DNA of 64,000 nucleotides from IMG/VR virus record IMGVR_UViG_3300046517_001084. The stretch is one strand, 5' to 3'. The notes beneath the pieces were generated by a model, which was given only the letters and a program-made list of their open reading frames with translations, was not told where the DNA came from and did not search any database. The translations under genes and the position numbers were made by a program. Shown in pieces: positions 8,817 through 19,257 of this stretch (positions are counted from its first letter, which is position 1; each line of letters opens with the position of its first letter). This DNA is from an uncultured virus (IMG/VR IMGVR_UViG_3300046517_001084). Taxonomy: Duplodnaviria; Heunggongvirae; Uroviricota; Caudoviricetes.

Positions 8817-9494
8817 TCAGGCGATGGCGTTCGAGATGCGGTTCATGCCGACGCAGACGGCGAGCGTGCCGGTCATGTTGGTGCCGGAGTTTTGGTTGCC
8901 GTAGACCTCCAGGTACTGGCCCGCGGCTGTGAAAATCACAGTTCCGGACGCGACGGCGGGGGCGTTGCCGGGGCTGCCCCTCGCGATCGAGAACCGGGCT
9001 GTGTTGGAGGCAGTGCCGGAGCCGTTGAGCCTGAACTCGGCGCGGCCGTCCGCACTGCCGAGGGTGCCGGGCCAGACGATCGCCCCGGTTACGGCGTAGG
9101 TGCCGGGGGTGGCCGCGACGAGGCGTGTGGGGTTGCCGGACGACCACATGCCGGTGCGGTTCGACGAGATGATCCCGCCGAGGTTGAGGGAGAAGTACGT
9201 GGTGGCGTGGGTATTGAGAGAGGCGCCCGAGTTGTACGTCTGCACCTGCGGCGCCTCGAAGCTGATCCACTGGGTGCCGTCGTAGTACTCCAGGATGTTG
9301 GTGTCCTGGCACCACGTCACCATGCCCTCGGCCGGGCTGGCGATGTCCGCGGTGCGGGCGGTGGCCGAGGCGAACCGCATGACGCTCTGCGGGACGATCG
9401 CGTTGACGATGTTCTGCGCGAGCACCTGGGCGTTGGGGGCGTCGGTCAGTGCGGCGATCGAGATGCCCTGCCCAAAGTTGTCGGTTGTGGGCAC
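8817..9494 (-). CDS. Minor tail / receptor-binding protein
   Basis: F.SA.AR....P.EGM..W..D.....YDGT.W motif plus beta-sandwich C-terminus; end of the tail module. Confidence 0.7.
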   Translation of the reverse strand: MPTTDNFGQGISIAALTDAPNAQVLAQNIVNAIVPQSVMRFASATARTADIASPAEGMVTWCQDTNILEYYDGTQWISFEAPQVQTYNSGASLNTHATTYFSLNLGGIISSNRTGMWSSGNPTRLVAATPGTYAVTGAIVWPGTLGSADGRAEFRLNGSGTASNTARFSIARGSPGNAPAVASGTVIFTAAGQYLEVYGNQNSGTNMTGTLAVCVGMNRISNAIA

Positions 9495-9506
9495 GCGGCC
9501 CCCTCT

Positions 9507-10124
9507 CTACTGGACGAAGTTGACGCCGTCGAGGGACACCCAGGCGCTGGTGGCGAGGGATCCGGAGCGTGAGGCGTGGGTGATGGAGCCACCGGAGGTG
9601 GCCTGGAGATAGGCGATGCCGTAGCTGCTGACGGCGATCATGTTCTTGTTGGCCGTCGGGATCAGCCCGGCGGGCAGGGTGAGCGCCGTCGAGGGCGGCG
9701 TCGCCGAGTTCATGCGGACTAGGCCGCGCAGTTCGATCGTGCCGTCCGGCTTTCGGCGGCCCGAGGGCGGGATGTCTGGCGACGAGCCCGCTGTCCAGCC
9801 GGTGCCAACGGTCAGCAGCGTCCAGGCGTCTGCGCCGGTCGACCAGCGGCCCCGGCAGATCCAGTTCCCGGCGCCGGACACGTCGATGATGACGATGTCG
9901 GTGACGGCCGGGACGGGGTAGGACTCCATGCGTCGGACGGTGATCCCGTCCGACGTGACGATCGTGCCGTCGGTGTTGACGGTCGCGACGGTGGCCAGTC
10001 GCCAGTTCGCGCCCCGCACTTCCGGCGAGGTCGCCCCAGCCTGGACCGCGGCGCCTTGGACGGCGTTGGCGAACGCGACCGCGACCGCGTGCTGCGACTG
10101 GGACGCGGGGATCGCCGTGGTCAT
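9507..10124 (-). CDS. Minor tail protein
   Basis: OB-like N-terminus and LP.G..P / VSLDGV.F fibre-tip motif. Confidence 0.7.
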   Translation of the reverse strand: MTTAIPASQSQHAVAVAFANAVQGAAVQAGATSPEVRGANWRLATVATVNTDGTIVTSDGITVRRMESYPVPAVTDIVIIDVSGAGNWICRGRWSTGADAWTLLTVGTGWTAGSSPDIPPSGRRKPDGTIELRGLVRMNSATPPSTALTLPAGLIPTANKNMIAVSSYGIAYLQATSGGSITHASRSGSLATSAWVSLDGVNFVQ

Positions 10125-11212
10125 GTGCCCTCCTTGACGCTGATCGTCTGAAGGGTGAAAGCCCCGGTCACATCGAGCGGCACGCTGAAGCTCTGCACCT
10201 GGTGCAGCTCCTTCGTCCCGTCCGGGTAGACCACGCGGATCACGTCTCCGGCAGCCAGGGCCGGGTTGGGCAGGCTGGTGATGTCGGCGGTCGCGTTGGG
10301 AGCCTTGGCGGCGGCGAGCTTGAGGCCCGCGGCGGCCTGGCACTGCACCGGGTCGATGAGCGTGCTGGAGCTGTAGAAGTCCGGCCGGTGCCCGAACGAA
10401 CCGTTCCAGTACGTCGGCGAGGATGGATCGAGATCCTGTACCAGGGCGCTGACCGGGGCCACCCCACCGGCCGTGTTCTCCCCGCGCGCCAGGATCGCAT
10501 TGAAGACTTTGTCGCTCGACATGCCGCGGTTAGCGGACACATAGACGCCGCCCTCACCTGCGGCGATCGTCCAGACCGGGGTGGCGAGCTGAATGTCGGG
10601 GAGGGTGGCCATGACGAAGATTCCGTCGGGGTCGCAGTAGACCTCGGCGCCGATCGCGGCGGCGCATTCGACGGCGGCGGCCCACGGGTCGCCCTGGACG
10701 TCCCAGGTTCGCAGGCCGATCGTGGCATCGATGGCGGTATTGACGACAGTGGCGCCGGGGATGCTCCGCTGGATGAGGGCGGTGACGGCGCTGTAGGCGG
10801 TGCCTGTCGCCGTGTAGGGGGTGAGGAACTTGTCGTCGGCGACGATGCATTCCAGGCTCTTGCCGGTGAGGGTGACGGGCCCGTCGTCGACGTCCCCGGC
10901 CACGGCGTCGAGGCGGAACTGTCCGAGCGGCACCAGATCCTGGCTGCCGTCGGAGTAGGTCACGCCGCTTGAGATCCGCAACTGGGCGCCGTACACGCTG
11001 AGTTTGCTGGTGGCGGTGCGCGGGATCAGGCTGGTGTCGGCGATGGTGACGGAGCAGGTCCGGCGGGTTGCGCTGCCCCGGTCGACGGTCACCGAGCCGC
11101 CGGTAATGTCCAGTGTCTCGGTGGACCCGTCCGTCTTGAACAGCTGCACCCGGTTGATGGGGCTGTAGGACTGGGCGAGAGCGGGCAGGAACCGGGAGCT
11201 GACTGAGTACAT
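10121..11212 (-). CDS. Minor tail hub protein (DUF5047-like)
   Basis: GGSVTVDR....RRTC, VPLG.FR and NPAL..GDVI.V motifs; position after the Dit-like gene. Confidence 0.8.
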   Translation of the reverse strand: MYSVSSRFLPALAQSYSPINRVQLFKTDGSTETLDITGGSVTVDRGSATRRTCSVTIADTSLIPRTATSKLSVYGAQLRISSGVTYSDGSQDLVPLGQFRLDAVAGDVDDGPVTLTGKSLECIVADDKFLTPYTATGTAYSAVTALIQRSIPGATVVNTAIDATIGLRTWDVQGDPWAAAVECAAAIGAEVYCDPDGIFVMATLPDIQLATPVWTIAAGEGGVYVSANRGMSSDKVFNAILARGENTAGGVAPVSALVQDLDPSSPTYWNGSFGHRPDFYSSSTLIDPVQCQAAAGLKLAAAKAPNATADITSLPNPALAAGDVIRVVYPDGTKELHQVQSFSVPLDVTGAFTLQTISVKEGT

Positions 11213-13471
11213 TCAGCCCCCGATCCGCCGGTTCAGCAGCACGTCTTCCCAGGTGGCGAACTTGTTGAGGACGTCCTGCCAGGTCGTGTTCTCGGTGCTG
11301 ATGTCCTGCCAGGTACGGCCCGCTGAGCCGGCCACGCCGGTCTGGGTGGGCATGTCGACTTCCTTCAGCGGCAGCGTCCAGGTGCGGATCGGGTCGGAGG
11401 CGACGCCGCCGCCGCGCGCTGCGGTGGTCTGTCCGACGGTGACGTACATGTCGGCGACACCGTTGCCGGGGCCGACCTGCCAGAGCAGGACGTTCCCGGT
11501 GTCCAGGAGCCAGTCCAGGGCGGTCCGTTCGGCATCGGACTGGGTGAAGACCTGCAGGTCTCCTTCCTGGCCGCCCCGCACGTCGGACAGGATTACCGGG
11601 TTGCGTCGGCCCCTGACCCGCAGCACGGACTGCGTGATGGAACGCTGCCAGTCCGGGCCCTTCGCGACCATCAGCTTGAGGTTGCGCTGAGGGCTGGAGG
11701 GGTCCTTCAGCCAGGCGTACTGCGGGTCCGGGTTGGCGAGGGTGACGGTCTGCGAGGTCCGCTGCTCGATCAGGGTGCCGGTGGAATCGCGGGTCTCGAC
11801 GTAGTAGAAGACGGCCGTGCCGAGCGGTGCTTCGTAGTCCTCGACGATCATCTCGGCGCCAGTGATGAGCTGGGACTGGATGAGCCCGGCGCTGCCGCGA
11901 ACGAGGGTGCGGGTGCCGTCGGCGAGCTGGCGCCAGATGGTGATGTAGTCGCCGATCGACAGCTCGCGCAGTGTCAGCGTTATGGAGGCGGTGGTGTCGT
12001 TGGTGGTGCCGTCGGCGGAGGCTTCGATCTGGGCCTGGCTCGGCCACAGGCTGATCTGGTCGATGCGCAGCACGCTGTTCGTCGAGGTCGCGGTCAGCGA
12101 GTACTCGACGGCCGCCTGCGTCGCGCCTGCCGGTGCGGTGAAGGAATCGGTGGTCTGCCACCAGTTGGGCGTCGGCGCCGCTCCGGAAGCCGATGACGTG
12201 AGGCCAAGGTCGGTGTTGGTGGCGGAGTACCAGCGCACCGACCGGGTCCAGGTCCAGCCGCCTGCCGAGACGTTGGAGAACAGCTCCAGGCGGAAGCCGG
12301 TTCCCGCCGCGCCTGTGGCTAGTGGGAACTTCGCCGAGCGGATGACGCTGGTGGTGGCCGTGGTGGACGTGATCGTTCCCGCGTAGGCGCCGCCGAAGAA
12401 GAACGTGCCCCAAGGTGTCGAGCGGGCGATCGTCGCGACACCGGAGATGGTGGTCCAGCCTGCGACGCCCTGTTCGAAGCTGAAATCGGCGTAGGGCAGG
12501 ACGCTCCCGGTGTGCAGGACCGGGGCGGGCATGACGACGACACCGTCGGTCCGCACGATCTGGCCCGCTGTTCCTGACGTGATGCCGATGGCGACGTCGC
12601 ACGACGCGGTGTTCGCGGGGGCGACCGCGGATACGAATTGCCGGTACCAGCCCGTCCCCGGAGCGGCCAGCGTCGAGCGCGTCGCGGACAGCTGGGTGCC
12701 GGCGGCATTCTGGAAACGCAACTCGATCCAGCAGGTGGCCCCGCTGGTCGGGGGATTGAGGTAGGCGTAGGCGAAGTATCCGATGCCTGCTGTGGCTTCG
12801 GGCCAGTCGGTGGTGCGGGTCCAGGCGTCACCGTTGGCGGTGACCGTCATCGCCAGTACCTGGCCGCCTGCCAGGTAGTTGTCGACGGCCCACGACACCA
12901 TGGGTGTCTGGACCGCGATGGTGCAGTTCTGTTCGTTGAGCCAGTCCCCGACGCCTCGTTCCATGGTCTCGGTGGAGAACGCCAGCATGTTGCCGGTGGT
13001 GCGGATCGGGAACCCGAAGTACACGTTCTCGAAGTAGCCGATCACCCCGCTGGCGGCGGGGGTCATCGCCGAGACGACGACCTGGGCGGAGGCGGCGTTC
13101 GTCGGTGGGATCGCGGACACGGCGATCCGGTGCCACGTCGCTGACGCCGACGACGTGGTCACCGACCACGAGATGGAGATCTCCGCGTTCGCCGCGGTCA
13201 GCCAGCGGATCCCGATCCGCTCCGGCACCGTCGCCCCGGACGCGTCGCAGAACGCCTCATACTCGTAGTCCTGATCCGTGACCACCAGGTACGAGGCGAC
13301 CGTGCGGGCCTGCATTTCCCCCGCCGCCGACGAGGTGAGCTTGAGGCAGCCATCCCCGTTTCGGCCACCGCTCCCGAGTGAAATCGCGCAGTTGGTCTTG
13401 GCGACCCAGCCGCTGGTGTTCGGATCGATTGACTCGGTGACCGCGGACAGGAAGTTTCCGGGGATTGTCAC
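11213..13471 (-). CDS. Distal tail (Dit-like) protein with repeated carbohydrate-binding-like modules
   Basis: Three jelly-roll-like repeats (N.SFE...GW...TAPA.A), then EDYEAPLG and the Dit region; follows the tape measure. Confidence 0.75.
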   Translation of the reverse strand: MTIPGNFLSAVTESIDPNTSGWVAKTNCAISLGSGGRNGDGCLKLTSSAAGEMQARTVASYLVVTDQDYEYEAFCDASGATVPERIGIRWLTAANAEISISWSVTTSSASATWHRIAVSAIPPTNAASAQVVVSAMTPAASGVIGYFENVYFGFPIRTTGNMLAFSTETMERGVGDWLNEQNCTIAVQTPMVSWAVDNYLAGGQVLAMTVTANGDAWTRTTDWPEATAGIGYFAYAYLNPPTSGATCWIELRFQNAAGTQLSATRSTLAAPGTGWYRQFVSAVAPANTASCDVAIGITSGTAGQIVRTDGVVVMPAPVLHTGSVLPYADFSFEQGVAGWTTISGVATIARSTPWGTFFFGGAYAGTITSTTATTSVIRSAKFPLATGAAGTGFRLELFSNVSAGGWTWTRSVRWYSATNTDLGLTSSASGAAPTPNWWQTTDSFTAPAGATQAAVEYSLTATSTNSVLRIDQISLWPSQAQIEASADGTTNDTTASITLTLRELSIGDYITIWRQLADGTRTLVRGSAGLIQSQLITGAEMIVEDYEAPLGTAVFYYVETRDSTGTLIEQRTSQTVTLANPDPQYAWLKDPSSPQRNLKLMVAKGPDWQRSITQSVLRVRGRRNPVILSDVRGGQEGDLQVFTQSDAERTALDWLLDTGNVLLWQVGPGNGVADMYVTVGQTTAARGGGVASDPIRTWTLPLKEVDMPTQTGVAGSAGRTWQDISTENTTWQDVLNKFATWEDVLLNRRIGG

Positions 13472-13474
13472 AGG

Positions 13475-16400
13475 TCACCTCCGTCCGGCGGCGAGGGTGG
13501 CCGTCAGGTTGCCGATCTGCTGATGGACTTCGCCCCGCACGTGGCCGAGGAACGCGCCGCTGTCGAGGTAGAGGTCGCCCTCGAACACGCCGCCCCCTGC
13601 CGCCGGTTCAGCGGCCAGCCGGACCAGGGCGTTGGTCTGCTGTGTCGTGAGGACGGGCTCGGGCCTTCCGGTGCCGTTGTAGGCGAGGTTGAAGCCGGGC
13701 TGGAGGTAGCCGCCACTGTCGTAGCCGTGACCTTGGCCGAGGAAGGACAGGCTCGCCCCATACCGGTGCTTGGCGTAGTTCAGGGCGGCCAGGAGGTTGT
13801 CGTAGCCGTTGAAGATGTCGCCGTGACCCGGGAACTTGTACGCGTTGAACGTCGCCGAGATGGTCTGCATGAGGCCCTTGGCGAGGTCCCCGGTGATGTT
13901 GTTGATGTCGCCGATGTCGCCCTGGACGGCTTTTTCGTTGCCGCCCGATTCGGTCTCGATCTGCCGCAGGATCTTGGCGACCATGTCCGGGGACGTGGAC
14001 AGGCCGTTCGCTGCCAGGGCCTGGATGACCTGAGGCGTCCACCGGGTCACACCCGAGCCGGGCGGAGCGCCGACACCGCCTCCGCCGGAGCCGCCGCCGA
14101 AGAATGATCCGATCGACGACACCGCGTGAACAATTTTGTCCTTGAGCCCGCCGACCATCTTGATCGGGAACTGGGTCAGGATCTTCCCCATGGGGAACGC
14201 CCCGACGCCGTCTGCGACCTTCGACAGGATGGGCTTGACCAGCGAGTCCCAGATCTGGCCCGGGTTCGCGATGAGGTCGGCGCCCTTTTTCGCCCAGTCG
14301 ATGCCCGTTCCGACGACGTCGCCGACGGTGTCCTTGGTCCAGTTCCAGGCCGACTTGAGGCCGCCGAGGATGCCGCCTCCGTCCAGGAGCTGGGTGCCCG
14401 CGGCAGCGTGCAGGGCGAGTGCCCGGTTGCGGTACTTGGGGTCGGTGGGGATGACGTACTCGGGGTAGAGAGGATTTCCCTCGCCGACGATGGCGGTGGG
14501 CCGGTTGGTGACCATCGGACGGGCCGGGCCCCACCCGTTGCCGAGAGTGCCGCCGGCGGCGAGCAGTTGTGGGGCGTCGGGGAGTTTGTCGAGGCCGACG
14601 AACCCGGCGACCTTGTCCCAGACCGCTTTGATGCCGTTGGTGTACACCCACTTGATCACGAAGTTGACGGGCGCCTTCGTCAGATCGACGATCTTGCCCC
14701 AGGCCACACCGATCGCGTCCTTCGCGGCGCCGAAGGCCTCACCGACCAGCCCGACCGCCGACTTGATGCTGTCGAACACGGGCTTCAGCCCGTGGTCATA
14801 CAGCCAGGTCGCGGCCGAGGCGATCCCGCTGAACACGGGCTGGATGGCGTTCTGCCACAGCCACGTGGCCACAGCCGCGATACCGCGGAACGCGGGAGCC
14901 AGGGCGTTGTTCCACAACCACATGCCGATGGAGGCCACGAGCTGGAACTCGGCGACCATCAGATCGAAGTACGGCTTGATCATGTTCTGGTAGAGCCAGA
15001 CCGCAACCGTGGCAATGCCGCTGAAAGCGGGCTGAATGGCGTTCTGCCACAGCCAGGTAGCGATGCTGCCGACCCACTTGAAGCCATCGACGAGATAGGC
15101 CAGATAGGGCCTGAGCCCCTGGTTCCACAGCCACGTCGCGCCAGTGGCGATAGCCCGGAAAGCGGGGCCGATCGCGACATCCCACAACCAGGACGCGATG
15201 GCACCGACGGCACGGAACGCGAGGATCAGGGGCGTGATCAGGACGACGAAAATGATCGCGAACAGGATCCGGGCACCCAAAGAGATCGCGTTCCACACGG
15301 GCTGGAGAACGTTCTGCCACAGCCACACCGCCGCCGTCCCCACCGCATGGACCGCCACGACGAGTGCGTTGAACACCGGCTTGAGCACGTTGTTCCAGGC
15401 CCACAGTGCTGCGGTCCGGATGGCCAGCCAGGTGAGCTGTACGACGATGCGGAAATTGGTCCAGTGGTTGTAGGCGTAGATGACCGCCACGACCAGCGCC
15501 ACAACCGCCGTGATGATCAGCCCGATCGGGTTGGCACGCATCGCCACGTTCAGCGCCCACGTCGCGATGGTCCACAGGCGGGTCGCGACCAGCACCAGAT
15601 ACATGCCCTGAACGAGCCACGGCAGGGTGGTGGCCACTGAGGCGATCCCGCGCGCGAGAGCCCCCAGGATCACCAGCGCCGGGCCGGACAGAGGCGACAG
15701 GGCGTGGGAGACCTGGAACAGGGCAGCCGCGACATCGCGCAGAGTGCCCGCCAGGACCGGAGCCATCCGGGAGGCGTAGGCCAGGAACTGCTCGAACGCC
15801 GGCGAACCCTTCAGCCCCGCAGCCCAGTTGGCGAAGCGGGCGGTGAGGGCACCGAAGCGGGCGCCGAACTCGGCCAGGTGTGGCAGGAAGGCGTCGATGA
15901 TGCCGACCATGCCTTTGAAGATGTTGCCGAACCCGACACCCAGGCCGAGGATCGCAGGAGTCACCGAGGTAGCGAGATCCTGCTTGAACGTCTTCCACCA
16001 CGGACTGCGGAATCCGACCGACGCGCGGTCCTGCAGAACCTTGATGGCCGTCGCCGCCGCCAGGACGAACGGGGTCAGCGACGGCAGGGCCGCCCGCAGG
16101 CCGAGGATCGCCCGCGTGAAGATCCCCATCACCTGCGGCTGCAGGCTCACCGACCAGGCCTTGAACGCATCCCGCAGCGACAGGAACGCAGTGAACGTGC
16201 CGCGCGCCGCCGGGGTCAGCTTGTCCAGGGCCTGCTGATACTGGGCCTGCGCGACGGCAGCCTGATTCACACCCCCGGCCGCTGAAGCGGACGCGGAGGC
16301 AATCGAGCGCTGAGCCGAGGCGATGGAGTCTGCCGCCTGAGCCTGGGCCTGCGCTGCGGCACGCTCCGAGTCGGCGACCTTCTGCTGGGCGTCCGAGATG

Positions 16401-18283
16401 GCGCGGGCGTTGGCGACCGCCGTGCGGGCCTGCTCGTCCTGGGCGTCCTTCAGTGCCCGGGTGCGGTCGGCGACCTGCTGCTGCGCCTGGGCGAGCTGGT
16501 TCTGGGCGTTCTTGACGCCGGTCGAGCCGTCGACCCCCGCCTTGTTCGCGGCGGTCGTCTGGTCCTGGAGGCGCTTGACCTGGGTGCCCTGCTCTTTGAG
16601 GTGCTGGACGGCCTGGTCGTAGGTGAGCTGCGCCTGCTCGCGCTGCAGGGCGGTCGCGTTCGGATTGTTCTGGATGGCGTGCAGCGCCGCCGTGGCTTGC
16701 TGGACCTGAATGACCGCGTCACGCTGCGACAACTGGCTGTCGATCAGCTGATTGTTGAGGTCCTCCAGGTCGAGGACGGCCTGTTTGCGGGCGGCCGTCA
16801 GGTCCAGCTGCGCCTTGGCGGCGTCCTTCTGCGCCTGAGTGAGGGCCCGTTCGGCGTCCTGAACGGCCCGCTCGGCCTGCTGTGTTTTCAGGGCGGCCTG
16901 CTGGACGGCGTCACCGACGGCCCGCTTGGCCAGCGCCACCTGCTCGCTTGCCTGCGCGATCTGCACTGCGCCGTTGCGCTCCGCCGCCGCCAGCGCTTGC
17001 TGTGCTCCCGCCGCCTGCAAAGCCTTCGATGCACCCTGGGATGCCGCCTGGTTGCCCTTGAGGCTGGCGTTGGTGGCCGCATCCTGAGCGGCCTTCTGCG
17101 CCTGCAGCGCGCCTGAGATTCCCGCGAAAGCAGGGAGTGCCACCGCCGCAAGCGCGCCGACGCCGACACCAGCCGCCACGACCGCGGACGTGAACAGACC
17201 GACTCCGGCCGCCAGCACGGGGAAGGCAGGCAGCGCGGCTAGAGCTCCGATCGCGAGCGTCAGCTGAAACACGGCCGACAGGGCACCCGAGGTGTCGATG
17301 TCGATCCGCGCGGTGTCCCCGTCGAGCCCTGCCACCATGGCCTGAATCGCAGCGAGACGGGCCTGGGCCGCTGCCGCGTCCACGCGCACCGCGATGTCCG
17401 CGTCGCTGGCCGACAGCCGGGCGAGGCGGGCCTGGATCTCGTCGATCCGCGCCAGCGCCGTCGCCGCATCGATGTCGATGCCGATGCGCTCTTCCTTCAG
17501 AGCAGTCAACTGGGCGCGCAGGGAAGCAATTTCCGCCTGGGCCGGGCCGGTGTCCGCATCGATATTGATGTTGGGCAGGGTCGCCTCGGCCTCGGCAACC
17601 GCCGCCCGCACCCGCTGCCCGAGCAGCCCGTCCGTCTCCAGACGGATGGTGCCGGGATTAGCGGAGATGCGGTCGATTTCCTCACGGACCGCAGCGAGGT
17701 CGGCGCGAGCCTTCGCCGTGTCCGCACGAACTGTGACGTTCGGGTGCGAGGCGCCGAGCCGGCGCAGCTCTTCGTCGATGTCGTCAATCTCGGTGCGCGC
17801 CACCTGGGCGTCGATGTCGATGCCGATGTGTTTGCTGGCGAGGGCCTCCATGCGGGCCCGCAGCGCCTGCAGATCCGCGTCGGCCTCCGACGTGTCTGCA
17901 TCGATGTTGACCTTCGGCAGCGATTTGAACGCCGCCTCCAGGCGCGCCTTCATTGCGCGGGCGAAAGCGCCGCCCGTGTCGTCGCCCTGCTTGGTCGCAG
18001 CAGGCCGCGCTGTCTGTCCGCCCTGGGTGACGCCGTCCCGGATGGCGTTACGGATCGCCACGGTGACACGGGCGGCGATCTGCGCCCCGATCTCTTCACC
18101 GATCCGGAGCCCGACGTCGGCGATCTGCGCCTGCATCGCCGGGCCGAAGCTGCGCCCAGCCGCCTTGCCGGCATCCTCGCCGGCCTTGGTGGCGGCCGGT
18201 ACGAGCCCATCGCGCAGCCGCTGGTAGATCCCCTGCGTGTTGGGAACAACATCGACCTCGACCGAGCCGACACTGATCGCCAC
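13475..18283 (-). CDS. Tape measure protein with C-terminal lytic transglycosylase (SLT) domain
   Basis: 1602 aa, Ala/Gln coiled coil, WLWxNxIxP repeats, ESGGN...GLMQ...TF.AY...N..AA.NY..RYG. Confidence 0.93.
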   Translation of the reverse strand: MAISVGSVEVDVVPNTQGIYQRLRDGLVPAATKAGEDAGKAAGRSFGPAMQAQIADVGLRIGEEIGAQIAARVTVAIRNAIRDGVTQGGQTARPAATKQGDDTGGAFARAMKARLEAAFKSLPKVNIDADTSEADADLQALRARMEALASKHIGIDIDAQVARTEIDDIDEELRRLGASHPNVTVRADTAKARADLAAVREEIDRISANPGTIRLETDGLLGQRVRAAVAEAEATLPNINIDADTGPAQAEIASLRAQLTALKEERIGIDIDAATALARIDEIQARLARLSASDADIAVRVDAAAAQARLAAIQAMVAGLDGDTARIDIDTSGALSAVFQLTLAIGALAALPAFPVLAAGVGLFTSAVVAAGVGVGALAAVALPAFAGISGALQAQKAAQDAATNASLKGNQAASQGASKALQAAGAQQALAAAERNGAVQIAQASEQVALAKRAVGDAVQQAALKTQQAERAVQDAERALTQAQKDAAKAQLDLTAARKQAVLDLEDLNNQLIDSQLSQRDAVIQVQQATAALHAIQNNPNATALQREQAQLTYDQAVQHLKEQGTQVKRLQDQTTAANKAGVDGSTGVKNAQNQLAQAQQQVADRTRALKDAQDEQARTAVANARAISDAQQKVADSERAAAQAQAQAADSIASAQRSIASASASAAGGVNQAAVAQAQYQQALDKLTPAARGTFTAFLSLRDAFKAWSVSLQPQVMGIFTRAILGLRAALPSLTPFVLAAATAIKVLQDRASVGFRSPWWKTFKQDLATSVTPAILGLGVGFGNIFKGMVGIIDAFLPHLAEFGARFGALTARFANWAAGLKGSPAFEQFLAYASRMAPVLAGTLRDVAAALFQVSHALSPLSGPALVILGALARGIASVATTLPWLVQGMYLVLVATRLWTIATWALNVAMRANPIGLIITAVVALVVAVIYAYNHWTNFRIVVQLTWLAIRTAALWAWNNVLKPVFNALVVAVHAVGTAAVWLWQNVLQPVWNAISLGARILFAIIFVVLITPLILAFRAVGAIASWLWDVAIGPAFRAIATGATWLWNQGLRPYLAYLVDGFKWVGSIATWLWQNAIQPAFSGIATVAVWLYQNMIKPYFDLMVAEFQLVASIGMWLWNNALAPAFRGIAAVATWLWQNAIQPVFSGIASAATWLYDHGLKPVFDSIKSAVGLVGEAFGAAKDAIGVAWGKIVDLTKAPVNFVIKWVYTNGIKAVWDKVAGFVGLDKLPDAPQLLAAGGTLGNGWGPARPMVTNRPTAIVGEGNPLYPEYVIPTDPKYRNRALALHAAAGTQLLDGGGILGGLKSAWNWTKDTVGDVVGTGIDWAKKGADLIANPGQIWDSLVKPILSKVADGVGAFPMGKILTQFPIKMVGGLKDKIVHAVSSIGSFFGGGSGGGGVGAPPGSGVTRWTPQVIQALAANGLSTSPDMVAKILRQIETESGGNEKAVQGDIGDINNITGDLAKGLMQTISATFNAYKFPGHGDIFNGYDNLLAALNYAKHRYGASLSFLGQGHGYDSGGYLQPGFNLAYNGTGRPEPVLTTQQTNALVRLAAEPAAGGGVFEGDLYLDSGAFLGHVRGEVHQQIGNLTATLAAGRR

Positions 18284-18304
18284 GGGAGCCTCCTCCCGTG
18301 CGCG

Positions 18305-18769
18305 TCAGTCCGCGCCTCCGTTGATCAGCTGGAAGAGGCGTTCGTTGTCCGCCTCGGACAGAACAGGCCGCGCCCGCCGGGGCTTAGCGCCGGGGCGGCG
18401 CACCGGGACCGGCGGCTCAGGCCGGTCCTTGCTTTCGGTGTTGGCGCAGATGGTGATGTATTCAAGGCGGCGGACCGCGTCGAGGACGGCGGCGGTGAGC
18501 TGCTCCAGCTGTGACCAGCGGCCCTTCTCCGGCTCGCCCTTGTCGGCCTGTTCGGCAAGCTCGTCGTCATCCAGCTCGTTGCGCAGGGCGGTCATGGTGT
18601 GGGACTCGGGCGGCAGATGCTGAATCAGGACCCGGAGCCGTCGGGACGTCAACTGGCCGCGCCAATACTCCGCGATCTGGTCTTCACCGCGCGGGTAGTA
18701 GCGGGCGAGGTCGGCTTCTACCGCCTCCGCGTGCGCCTCGACGACCTGCTGGGTCCACGCGACTTTCCC
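18305..18769 (-). CDS. Tail assembly chaperone, -1 frameshift extension (gpGT-like)
   Basis: The -1 frame is open from GGGAAAG (18763-18769) through EADLARYY...RRLRVLIQHLPPES. Confidence 0.8.
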   Translation of the reverse strand, partial: GKVAWTQQVVEAHAEAVEADLARYYPRGEDQIAEYWRGQLTSRRLRVLIQHLPPESHTMTALRNELDDDELAEQADKGEPEKGRWSQLEQLTAAVLDAVRRLEYITICANTESKDRPEPPVPVRRPGAKPRRARPVLSEADNERLFQLINGGAD

Positions 18770-19155
18770 GAGCTCTCACCGGAAAGCTCGTTGGCGTCGA
18801 CGACGAACTGATTGAAGTCCACGAGGGACGGGTCCACATCCTCGTACAGCTCGTAGTCGTCCTCGTGGAGGACGTCGGCCATGAATCCGTCGAGGTCGCC
18901 CGCGCGCAGCTTTCGCTGGGTGGACACGCGCCAGACGGTCGCCGGGACGACCCTCATGGGCTCGCCGGCGAGGCTCACAGTGATGTGCCGCTGGGTTGCT
19001 TCCAGCTCCTGGGCCTCCGCCGCCGACATCGGCTCTTCGTCGTCGTCCTCGTATTCGTCGAGGTCGGGCTCGACCGGCGGGGCAGGCTTGGTGGTACGCC
19101 GCTGGACGGCGGTAGTGGGGCGCTTGCTGTTGTTGGTGCGGCTGTTCGTAGCCAT
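18718..19155 (-). CDS. Tail assembly chaperone (gpG-like)
   Basis: Between tail tube and tape measure; ends with an in-phase G GGA AAG slippery site. Confidence 0.85.
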   Translation of the reverse strand: MATNSRTNNSKRPTTAVQRRTTKPAPPVEPDLDEYEDDDEEPMSAAEAQELEATQRHITVSLAGEPMRVVPATVWRVSTQRKLRAGDLDGFMADVLHEDDYELYEDVDPSLVDFNQFVVDANELSGESSGKSRGPSRSSRRTRRR

Positions 19156-19257
19156 GGGCGCGGGCCTCCTGGGTGCGCGGCGCGGGCAGGGAAGGGTGAA
19201 GTGGTGGACGGGCCGGGCCCGCGCCGACGGACGGCCCGCCCACCAGTCAGGGGTGGC

